From Antedon mediterranea (Eukaryota; Animalia; Echinodermata), in the NCBI RefSeq assembly GCF_964355755.1, contig NC_092679.1, positions 5,920,201-5,984,200 of the forward strand: a DNA stretch of 64,000 nucleotides, given 5' to 3'. The notes under the pieces are model-generated. The model was not told the origin of the DNA. It was given only the letters and a program-made list of their open reading frames with translations, and ran no database searches. This document shows positions 1-12,300 of this stretch, piece by piece. The position numbers were made by a program, and so were the translations under genes. Each line of letters begins with the position of its first letter. Within the stretch, counting starts at the first letter, position 1.

Positions 1-389
1 AGTTTTTTTGTGAGATATGTATGACAATTTTAAGGACACACTTTTAGAAAAGGGTATTTTTAATTTTTTTAGTTTTTCCAAAAAGTATATAACTTGAAAC
101 TAAATGTTTATTATTTATGCTATATAAAGATAATGGTGTCCCCCTGAAAAACAATTTGTAAAAACATTTTTTGTTGAATATGCAATTTTAATAGTAGTAC
201 TTATTTATTTTGAGCAAAAATTTATTTGATTTTGAATTTGTTATTTTGTTATTTTTGTTTTGGCAAAAGTGAATAACTTTATCAAAACTACAAAAATTGA
301 TTTAATTCATGTTTTGGGGGATAATACATCTTGAATGTCGCAGTGTTTCAGTTCTTTTTAAAACGTTCAGTGTTTGTTTATTTACTCAC

Positions 390-3300
390 CATATGGCAAC
401 TCCTTTTCTGACCCAAATACGCCCTCCACGAATTGACAGGTGCTGTTATCGCCACCACAAACGTGGCACATGTCCTCCACCTGATTAGAACCTAGCATGC
501 GGTCGCAGCCGACTTTCTAAAACGCAAACAACATAAAGAGAAAAATTAACGCCTGCAGTGTCATAGATGTCAAGTCAAATAAAAGAATAACAAAACACAA
601 GGAATCACATCGTGATTAATATGCTGTATAATTTGTACATTATTATAAATAATAGAGTCAAGTAATTTGTTTTATTGGTTATTTATCTCATTTCTAATTG
701 TTTCCATGGAGGTATAATAATTTCAATCTTCACATAATATTATCAAAAAGGTCAATTTAAATTATCATTAAAATAAAAGAATCCTCTTGGTCAAATAATG
801 TTTGTATCCTGATGAACAATAGACACACTCTTACTCACTGTGTCTTTCCCATCTCTCTTTTTACACCCATCTGAAAATTCATTTAATTTCCCTCTAACTA
901 GGGTAATTTAAAGACCGGTCTTTAGTTAGAGGTATTCTAATTAGAGATTACAGCTACTAAACACTACTAAAACCTGGGTCCCAAAGGTGGTCTTTAATTG
1001 GAGGGAGACCTATCCAATTTGTACATTGTTTTATATTAATGTTTTATAAATTATAACATTTATTTACGTCATAACATTTATTCAATTATTTACAAATATT
1101 TAAACTGGATACTGTAATTGCCTCAAGTGTATGATTTTTTTTCCATGTATATTTGATTGAATGTGTAGTTCATGAACAAAGGCACTATGACAACAATGAA
1201 ATTAGCTTAGAGTAAATAAAGTGTAACAAATTTAATAAGAACAATAAGTCTACATCCTTATGCATTGCATCAGGAAAACCGACAAATATCAGAAATTAAG
1301 TGAGGCACGAAACAATTACACTTTCAAGTTATAATTTATAAACTGTACTTTTTATTCCCCAAGCCAAAATCACATTTCAATTATTACAATCTATTGTTTC
1401 AAGGTTAGAAAGTTATTTTATTATTGGTAAGTAATATGTCAGTTACATATGTACATTTTAACATTGGAACCTTGTCAAAATAAGAAACATACGACAGTAT
1501 GATTTCCTATTTGTAATGAAAAATTTGCCTGCATTCTCAAAACAATATAAAAAGTAACAAACAATCAAGATGATGTAATCAGTTTTGTTTAGAAACAAAT
1601 AAAGCATAAATTATTGTTACGCCAAAATTAAACTATTTCCGGGAAAAATTGTTGTCGGCTGCAAAATGCAAAAACAATTCTGAAAAGTTGGTACTGTACT
1701 ATAATTGGCATGGGAAATTGTGCTGAGTGACTCTTCTTGGTAATTTCTTTTTAGGGCATTTCAACCCTCTAATGTTCTTATAGAAGTACCTAAGAAGCCT
1801 ACATGTTTAGGATGGGAGAGGTATGAATAGCTAAAGCTCTGTCTATACTATCAAACTAGTGATGACAACATCATGTCCATATATGGGCACATCACATAAA
1901 GTTTGATAGTGTAGACAGAGCTTAAGATGGTCTAAAATAGGATATTTCCCACATGGGCATGACGAAAAATGAAAAGATGTTAACCTCACCTATCATCAAA
2001 AGCCTCCCAGGTATAAATAACATAATTGTTTAAAAAACTCAACAGTCAAGCAACAATAATTTTGACTATACTAACTAATAATGGAATTATTACAAATACT
2101 ATGGCTGCAGTCTATAACCTAGAGCCATTCAAAGTAATTACTATATGAAAGAAAACCCTGGGATTGCATACATTAAGCATGTCCCATCTGGTAATATGTA
2201 ATAATGATTTAATATTTTTTTCAACATAGAGAAAAAAAACATGTGTCTACAAGGTGTTGTGGTTCTAAATCCAGATGTTCTACCTCTGGATTCAATTTAT
2301 ATAATTAAATCATAATTCATTGATAACAATAATTGTAAAATAGTATATCAATGTATATTTATTTTACTATAAAACTGTATGCATAGAAAGAGGCCGTAGT
2401 ACGATATGGGAAATGGGGGGTTTGGGGATTTAGACTTAGAGGTCCGGAAATCTTTCTTTTTTTACCTTTCAAAAATGGACTATAAGTTATCTACTGTACT
2501 CCAAATTTGCATGAATGTCAAGTAAAATTTGTACTGCATTTGTGCTATACTGTAACCAAGGTTTAAAATACAGAAAAGCAAACATGTTCTTTAGGCTGAC
2601 ATTGTTAAGTTCACTGTGCACTTACCCTAACACAGCATGCTCATCCTGTGGTATTAGCCCTCTAACCTACAGGACGTTTGTAAAGCTGTCTTCACTATCA
2701 AACTTTATGTGACAAAATGTAATGTGCCCATATATGGACATGATGATGTCATATCACTACCATAATTTGGTTATATCACAACCATATTTGGCCATATCAC
2801 TATCAAATTTGGGCACACACATTTCTTGCCAAACTAGTTTACCTCCGCCAAGGAGGTATATGTAATCGGTAGCGTGTGTTTGTTTGTTTGTTTGTTTGTA
2901 TGTTAGCAGGATTACTCAAAAAGTAATTACAAGATCTTTACCTAAATGAATAGACAGATAGATATGTGGTCAAGGACCATTCCATTAAATTTTTGGACCA
3001 TTTGGGACCACAGTCCCAATTCTGGACCACTTTTTAGTATACTTTTTTAGACCTGCTAGTGCTAAAAGATAGGACAGAATTTTTCAAAAGCCGGCGAGCA
3101 GTCTTAAAGTAACAAGTAAACTGAAATTGCATTTTCTCGAGAACTACAGTACTTGTCCAAAAAACTTAATTTTTGAACAAAAGGCAAGAGTTATAATTTG
3201 TGATTAGTAATTTTAAAACATAATTTGATTTAATGTGCACATTTTTTGATGCGAGTAGTTTAAAAAACCTATTTCTTTTCAAATTCACTCGTTTGATTTT

Positions 3301-6300
3301 CGCGTTGCTGTTCTATTGTTAGTCAACTGAAGCTATTGTTAATTGAAAGGCCATTACACCAAACTCGCATACACATGCTTGTAATGAAATTATAGCCTAA
3401 ATCACAAACAGCATTAAGACACACACAAATATATATATATATTTTTTTTACCGGAGAAATCTTATGTAGGAGAATTTTACAGTAGGCGGAGGTATGCCCT
3501 CTCGGAGTGGCTTTCTAGTTTGATAATGTGTACAGAGCTTTAGAATTTCTTATTTAACAAATTACTGGATTTGATGTGCACCTTTCCCATTACTTTTGAT
3601 AATTGTTGAGTTTAAAATGAATTCGTAAATTACAAAAACTTTTAAGAATGTTTTGTTAACAAATCGTAAAATATTAAATGATTTCAAAGTTAATTGGATA
3701 AACTATAGCAGGTTGCTTTCTCACAGTGTGACGCTTGTACCAGCCAGAGGGCATGCTTTTAGCTACGTACAGAGTTAACAGCGTCTGACATTGAAAACAT
3801 CGTACAACTCCATATTTTCATTTAATTTGTTTCATAATTTCGTTTATGGCCGGCAAGGTATTGTGGGTTGTGTCGAGGGATAATAATCCACATTGATTTA
3901 TTTTGTTTGGATAAAACTTGTTGATGGATTTAGATTTGTTGGAATTACATTGCTAAAGGCAAACACTAAAACACCATATCAAACTGAACAAAATCTGTTT
4001 ATATTGGTTTATGCTATATAAAAATAAAGAATGGGTCCAAAAAGTGTGTATAAAATGTTAATTTTATTTTTTATTTTTTTATTTTATTCAATCGAAACCA
4101 ACAGCGATAATTACCGCCACTAACAGGTTTGATACAAACAAAGTCCGGACTGTTTAAAGCACCTTGATTTGTCCTGACATTGATCAAGGGCTTCTCTCGT
4201 CCAGTGCCCACCTTGACCAGAGGTCTGAGGCAGATACTAGATGCAGGGGCTGCCGTAAGAGTCAGCAGTGCTGATTTCAATGCCTAACGGGACCCCAGCT
4301 CCGTATATAGCACCCGCTATTCCCAGATTGTCTCCCATCCAAGCTCTAACCAGGCCCACGTTGCTTAACTTCGGTGATCTGACGAGAACCGGTGTTTCAA
4401 CGTGGTAAAGCCGTATTATGTATAATACTATAATGATGTACTGTATGGGAATATTATATATATGGAAATATCTTGCAGTTGCACTGATGAAGGGCTAGTG
4501 TTGCCCGAAAGCTCTGCTAACTTTTCTGGCTGTTTTACTTTATCGTTTTGATTTAGCTTTTCGCCTTTTTTTTTGTATCTCCATTGAGATCCAGCCACTG
4601 ATACCCCAAGCATTTTAATTTTTTCAGTAATTTGCCTTTAGATTTATATATGGAAATACATATATACATATAGTTGATATAAAATAGATGGAATGTGAAA
4701 TGCTAACATAGAAAAGACTTACAGTTTTGGTATGTGATTATTAACATAAGAATGTACTGTATGATGATGGGAACGTTTTATATTAATAAGTAGATTTTGT
4801 GGTCGGAAGACAAGTATGATAATTGTCAAGATAAAGTACCACTAGTAATTCGGATATGGCAACTCCGTTTTCATAGTGTGAAGGTTTATGTACTGATAAC
4901 AACTAATAGAAATCTAATATCAATTTGATTAGTTAGTCCCATGGTGACACAATTAAATCAATCCTGTCAGTTTGCATTAGGTTCCTAGTTGGTACAGCTA
5001 GTAGGCGCACATTCATAAAATTAGGGTTAGGGTTAAAATTAAAATTGTATACCAACATTTGCCAGGGCTTGAAGAAATCCATAGTTTTATATTTAGTTTT
5101 CTCACATTTAACAATATGAAAAGTTAATTGATTATGAAAACAATGTAAAAGGATGTCGAAATAAGTACCATTGAGTTGTATTTTTAGGCATATTTTGAAA
5201 ACAGTCTATATGGCCTATAGGATTCTTGTCAGTGTTGTTTACTATGTAACCACTCCAATGTTGTGGCAAAGTCACATAGAAATAATTACTAGGTCAAATA
5301 TAAATATTTTCAACAAGGTTAGGGTTTAAGTCCAACTGTGAGTGTGACAGTAAAGAAAAGTGTATTTCTTGGAGTATAAAGTATGAAACTATTAGCCTAG
5401 AGATAGCTTTAACCTACAGGTACTTGATCGACAGAAATCTAGGACACCCTACAAATACAATCATAGACTACATTCTACCTCTTTGTCTATGTCGCCACAT
5501 ATCCCAACAAAAAATAAAATATCTAAACAGTATAAAAAATGTCCCACCACTCAGTACACATGGCAATATTTACCTAGCTTTTAAATATTTGGCTTAAAAT
5601 AACAAGACAAGTGTTACAGTTGTAAGGAAAACAATAGGTACCTTTTGCAGATATAAATACAGAGTGTACCGACAACACGGTTTCTTATGCAGTTATTGTC
5701 TAACCAGTCAATGTCAGGTTTTTCAAATTTTAAGACTTGTTTTTGCCTATTTTTGTCCTACTGTTTGCTGATCAAATGGCTTCATATTTGGTTTCATTTG
5801 ACTTGTAACTTAGTAGGGTTATTAGAAGAGTTATTTTAACCACGGTACAGTATAATATTGGAATGAGAAAGCCAAATCGTATCGAAATAATCAGGCCAAT
5901 ACCTACAATACTACTGTAACACTAACAGTAGGAAGTCCACTTTAGTGGTGAACCCCAAATTTGCTATCGGCCAAAATGTTAATACCATTATTAAACCTAT
6001 GTTTGTTTGGTCTGGTTCTAATCTATTTTAAAGGTAATATGTTATCAATATCTATTTTTATCCTTACAACCTTTTTTTCCATTTTTGACTATTCAAAATC
6101 AATGAACTGTTTCCAAACTGGGTTTTTTATTTATAACATTTACAGATCTTTAAACCTCATATGGGATTAGGTAAAAGTTGATTTTTCAATAATTATACTA
6201 CAATCTAACCCTGAATTATTTTAAAAATCTTTACTAATTGCTATGACATATTTTTACCATACGGTTCACACGCAGGATGGCAGACAATGACATCCATTTT

Positions 6301-9300
6301 TTTAGCATTTGGTTGTATAGAAAGCACATTTGGCTTTTTCAGACACTTTAAATTTAACACCATATTTATTAATAAAATATATTACTTATATTTTCCCAAT
6401 CAATAAACTCTTAACAATAAAACAATTATCTTGAGAAAAAAAAAAAGACTTTAGGAAAGAAAGAACAGTATTTTTTAAGTGTTCTGTGTTCAATAATTTG
6501 CATAAAACAGGTGTAGAATACATTCTTACCTGGCATTTGCCGTTGACACAGATATCTAATGAGTAAGGATTGTCAGGATAACACTTTGTACCATCTATCA
6601 CATTCTCGTTGAATTTTTGATAAAAATGCCCTCCTTTTGGCATGCAAACAACTTTACATTTATTTGGAGCTATTAGTGTAAGAAAAAATGTAATTATTAA
6701 CAATATTTATTTTTATAACATAAAAAATTGATATTATTTTGTTGTTAAATATGCCATTTTATTATCACATAATAGTTATTCACTTTGACCAAAAACAGGA
6801 TCGAAACAATTTTCCTGAAAAAAAAATGAAATTTATTTAAAGCAAACAATACCTAAATTGTCTGTCAGACAATGGTTTAAAATAATTTTTAAACTGCAAA
6901 ATTGCCTATTTAAAATATGATTTTATTCATCTTTATTTTTCATGGTTTTGGAGGACAATACATCATATCTACAGCATAATACTGTACCTGCATATGCCTA
7001 CAAAATAATCTATGTTGTGATAACTTCCACAACTTGAACAAATTCAAAATTAGGAACTTTGTAAAATGACAAAGTCAAAATCTGAAAAATTATAATTATG
7101 CAAATTAAATAATGTACAATATCCTTAATTAAACCTATGTATTATGCGATCAGTTAATATTCGGATATTCAAATTTGAAAAGTCAAAAGTTTATTAGACA
7201 ATAAATAGTTTATTAATATTAAACAAACATTATTCTTAAATGAATATTGATGGAGAGCTCCTAATTGATTCTTAATATCACCTGACTCTCTAATTTATTG
7301 AAATATACACCAACTAGTTTCAGTGTACACGAAACGAAGTAAATTAGCATACATTTGTTTATAGAGAATCTATTTTCACATAACATAACATCAAAAGTGA
7401 CTTTTCAGTTCAAAAATATGATTCAAACAATACATTATTTAAGACTTTTATTCTTTTAGTGTATTATTATTAATTTATTAATTAGGTGTGTATGTGTGTG
7501 TAGCCCTACTATACTCATATTTATACAAAAATGCAAAATACTTACTATCAGTGTATGGAACCCAAAAATGTTTCTTTCCTTGGACCTCAAAATCTTTATA
7601 GTTTGCACATTGCATTGAACGGATATCGGTAGATCCCGCAGGGCAATCATGGACATTACACGACTGGTATGTTTTGTTCTCTCCATCACAAGGCGGCCTA
7701 AAATGAAGTTAACATGGTAACGTTATTAATCTACAATGAATGTATGAAACCATTCAAATGGGTTACCTTTGTCAAGCTAAAATAAAGAGCCTTAAAGGGT
7801 AGCTCCATGTTTATATTATTGAAATGACAGGTATACCTCAATTTCAAATAACTGGATTTGCCACTAGGCAGTTTTTTTTGTTGAGAAAAATCAATTCTAA
7901 ACTCTTAAAAACAATTCTAATGGCTAGTGACGCCCATCATAAAACTGTTGAATTGTGTAGTATAGTGTAAGCTTTATTTTTTTTTTTTCAAATATTTATT
8001 TTATTTGAACCATATTTAATGAGGGTGATTCATCCAATTTGCTGATCGTTTGGGACCCTCAGAACATACTATACATAAATACAACAAAAACAGAAAGTCA
8101 TTAGTTTATTTAATATGAGGAAAGACATACACAGTAGAACAGTACTAAACGTGATTACAGGCTCCATGTGGTTTAACATTCATGAATCAATGAAAATGTT
8201 ATTTCAATACATAGAGTGTATACTGGGGTTATTAAAGTACAATTATTGAACTCATTGTAAAGTGCTTACATTGAATGGGGAATATGGTTGAATGTACTGT
8301 AATGCTAACAATGTTTTCTTTTGGAGGTGAGGAGCTTTAGATTATGGTAAAATTAAAAACAATCAAAAAGAATTTAAGCACACACACAAAAAAAACAATG
8401 TCACAGTGTAAGTGGGGTGCCGAAGGGGGTCAAAAGCATCAACAGTGAATGCTAACCTTCCAAATCAGACTCACATTTACAATATAATTTTTTTTTTTAT
8501 TGACTTCACAGTCTTTAATCAATAAAACAAATAAAACAGCAATATCTGCACTGTACATGCTCAGAAACTTTCTTTTGTAACAGAAACAAGTATGAATTCT
8601 ACACTACAAATATTTGATTGGTATTTTTTTAACCATAATACATATTTTAAAGTTTACAATTATTTTAACAAGAGAGATACAGCTTAAGTAAAACAGTAAA
8701 TATGTGTAAACACTAATAGATGAGAGTAATTTGTGTGAAATGTCATGCACTATTGGATGCATACAACCCATTGATTTGTTTGCCTTGCCCCATATTTAAC
8801 GACCTCATTTCATTTACCAAAAAGTTTATTATTAATTTTTTTTACCTTTGATATTCACAAGATCTTTTTAGTCATAAAAACTATTTGCACATCGGTACAA
8901 ACAATGTCCATTTAATACACAAAGTTGAATACACTATAAATGTTTCAGTACTATGATATTCTTTGGAAGTTTTGTACTATTATTACCCATTTACAATGTT
9001 TATATTTTGCAGATACTTTATCTATGAAGAAGACTTACAAAATGAAACCTACTCCTACGCCATTTAGAACAATGTAAACATCCACTTATAAATTATAGGA
9101 ATCAATAAATACAAGAGAATATTCCAGACACACATTGTGTTTAACTGATTTTTGACACTTTATTTATATTTTGGCGCTACTGTATTTGACTTCACGGTCT
9201 CTCAACATCACTGCCGCGCAGCAGGGTGAATGTTTTTAAATTGGGTTTAGCTCAAAATAGTGTGGTGTGAAAGTGCAGTAACACCTATAATTTATCTAGT

Positions 9301-12300
9301 ATCATAGGCAGATTCTGTAATACAGTGTAACATATATATCACATATGATGCCTGTATCATAGGCCATAAGCTTAAACTAACCCTAACATAATACAAGTGT
9401 CACATATGATGCATGTGTGACTCTGTATTACAGAATTTTCCTTATGAGACTTGATAATGCCATGTTGATACATATTTAGGTTTGTATTCAGGTTAGGTTT
9501 ATTTATAGCTAACAAACAATATATTCTATCTTTTTTGATAGATAGACTATCAATAATACACTTACTACACCTACTCTATAGAAACAATGCTACCCTTTAA
9601 TACAATATAAACACCGGCCCACTCATGGGTATAAATGTTTACATATGACGGTATTTTTTATTTAATTTATAGTTTCATTGGATTTAGTTTCTGTTTTTGA
9701 ATAACTACTAGTACAGTACTACTTTGATAAAAACATGATCTAATTCTTCCACTTTATTTCTGTTCTTCCGCTTCCTCTTAATTAATCAAATATAATCCAT
9801 ACACGATTTTTCCAATGATTTTGAATTTACATAGATTCTACTTTGATCTTATATCATATAGGGAAAGCATTCCATATCTCTTTGTTACCAGTATATCCAG
9901 TTATGTTTATTTCACACTAGACAATTTCACCAACAACCAAATTATGACATCTACTCCCTCCATTTGTTATAATAGACCCTATCCCATTAGCTTGTGCTCT
10001 GCTTACAGATCCTGAGTCTTCCTCCCTACCCCTTCCCATTAAAAAAACTTATACTTATATAGTTTAAATCAGTATATAGTAGCGAATATAGACTGTAGCC
10101 ATTCCAAGGCAATTTTAAATCAAAACAGTGATCCACTATCTACAATCCATTCCCATCTTACCTTAAGCACTTGCGTTCCATGTAATAGACTCCGCCCCCG
10201 CAAGAGCGGGTACATACGCTTGGTTCACTCCAAGGTCCATAGCCATCATCAGCCTATGAAATGAATCAAATTTACATAAATTTAAACTACTGATACATAC
10301 ACTTTGTATGGTACAATAGGTAAATGTGGGTTGAATCCTAAAGGCCAATTTACATTGAGGAGTGGTAACAGTATATGAAACACTGCATAGCTCGTCCCAC
10401 GCAGAATCTGTATAATATAATAGATCTATTATCCTGAGCGGAAAACACCCGTCCGCTCTGCGTTGTGTGTAAATGGTCATAAGGAATAACATAGATTTTT
10501 TCTTTTTATTACCGCTCATCTGTGGGCTTTACTGGGCTGAATTGTGCTCAGATGTGGACAACAATACAACAACTATCATCTCTCCTGAATTTGGAATGAT
10601 TAACTATCTAAGTACAGTAATAGCGCTAACTGTTTTCTCTGTTTACGCTTGTTTTGTTTGTTTTTATTTTATCTTTTTTTTTATTTTAAGTTACCGTAAT
10701 GTTCATATTTTAAAAAGTGACGTATATTTAGGAAAATTAACTTCTATACATACGAGTGCCATCTGTAAATTAAGACATGGTGGGTGTACTTTCTAATATG
10801 GCGTTGCCAGTGGTACAACCCCTGTAGGACATTTATCAACACCATACATCACACATGCTGAATTCACTACAAGTGGCAATAATTAAGTAATTATCAATCA
10901 ATTAGGGTTATCTAATGATCACACATGTCCTTAGGCAGCTAAATCAACACTTTTTAAACATAAAATAAAGCAATGCATTTAAATATATTATATATATTAC
11001 TATATTTAAGAATTTAAGATATTAAATAAACTATGTTAGCAATATCACTGTTGGATTTTGTATGTCGTAAATGTACGGTACTATGTCATTATTTTACAAA
11101 TTTTAAGTCTGTATTGACCATGTGACTTTTTTATGGTGTTTTATATTTTTACCCTAACATTTTAAACTATCAAGGCAAATTCCAAGCCATGTATATTTAT
11201 GAGTTTCCCCAACTAAATGAAACTAGACATGAAACTCGTCACTTTGACGAGTTAGTTATCCGCTCGACAAACGCCACGTGCACGTCATACGTTAGAATAT
11301 TTCACACAGAAAAATATTAAGGCATTATGACCTGAACTGAAGAATATGATATGTTGTTATTTCTGAATTCTGTTATTTTGTGTCATATAGTATACACAGT
11401 ACAATCTGTATACATATCACAAACAGTGTAAAATAGGTGAAATTACGGGACCCGTATTTTATTGTAATTTTTAACATCTTGACGGTTTCAAAATGAAATG
11501 CAAAAGTAGAAATTTCAGAATGAAATTATCTCAGCAACAACATATTAACGTGTAGAAGAAATTTGAATACGTGAAATATTGATTCGCGCTCTTTTAAATG
11601 TAATGAAATATAACGCAAAAGATGAAAATACGACTTTTTTTATTTAACAGGCCATATGATGACGTCACAACATTCGATTGGCACAATTTACACATGATTT
11701 TGTATCTACAATACAATAGCTTCCTGAAAACGTTTTAATCGTGATTATCACATTTTATTCTTACGAGCTATAACAGATTAAAATTTACTGTAAAGATGAA
11801 ATTAATGACCAACGTAATTTAAATTTTTAGGCATGATGACGTTAAAAAAATTAAAAATTTTTTAATTCATGCAAAAGATAGTTGATTGACCTAGAATATA
11901 TTAAAATCGGGGTGAAAATGGACTACGAATAAGTGGAGATGCGCTCTATTAAATGTGATGAGCTATGACGAAAGAGACAAAAATCCTATATTTTATATTC
12001 GCGTGGCCATACGATGACATCACAATGTCTGGTTAATGCATGATCCGATATCTACAACTCATCAACTTCCAGAATATGTAATTAAAAAAAAGTTCTCCAT
12101 GTAGTTTAGAATCTATGACTGTTTAAAAATAGGCATAATTTTGACGAATTTTTGAACTTTTTCACCAAAAACGCGTGCAAATTATCTAATTCGACGTGCT
12201 CGTATGACGTAATTTTAAGTCGAAATTGTTTAAAAGTTGGTAACATTACTATAAAAGGCTGAAAAAACATAAATCACGCGGAAAAAATATGTTTTTAACG

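Noticed and set aside
4303-4417. Functional 5S rRNA gene
   Set aside because: Termini are diverged, there is no oligo-T terminator, and the sequence continues into a body and A-tail, so it is better read as a SINE or pseudogene.
9960-10470. Possible CR1-type LINE fragments around papilin exon 3
   Set aside because: Only faint similarity by eye; too decayed to support.
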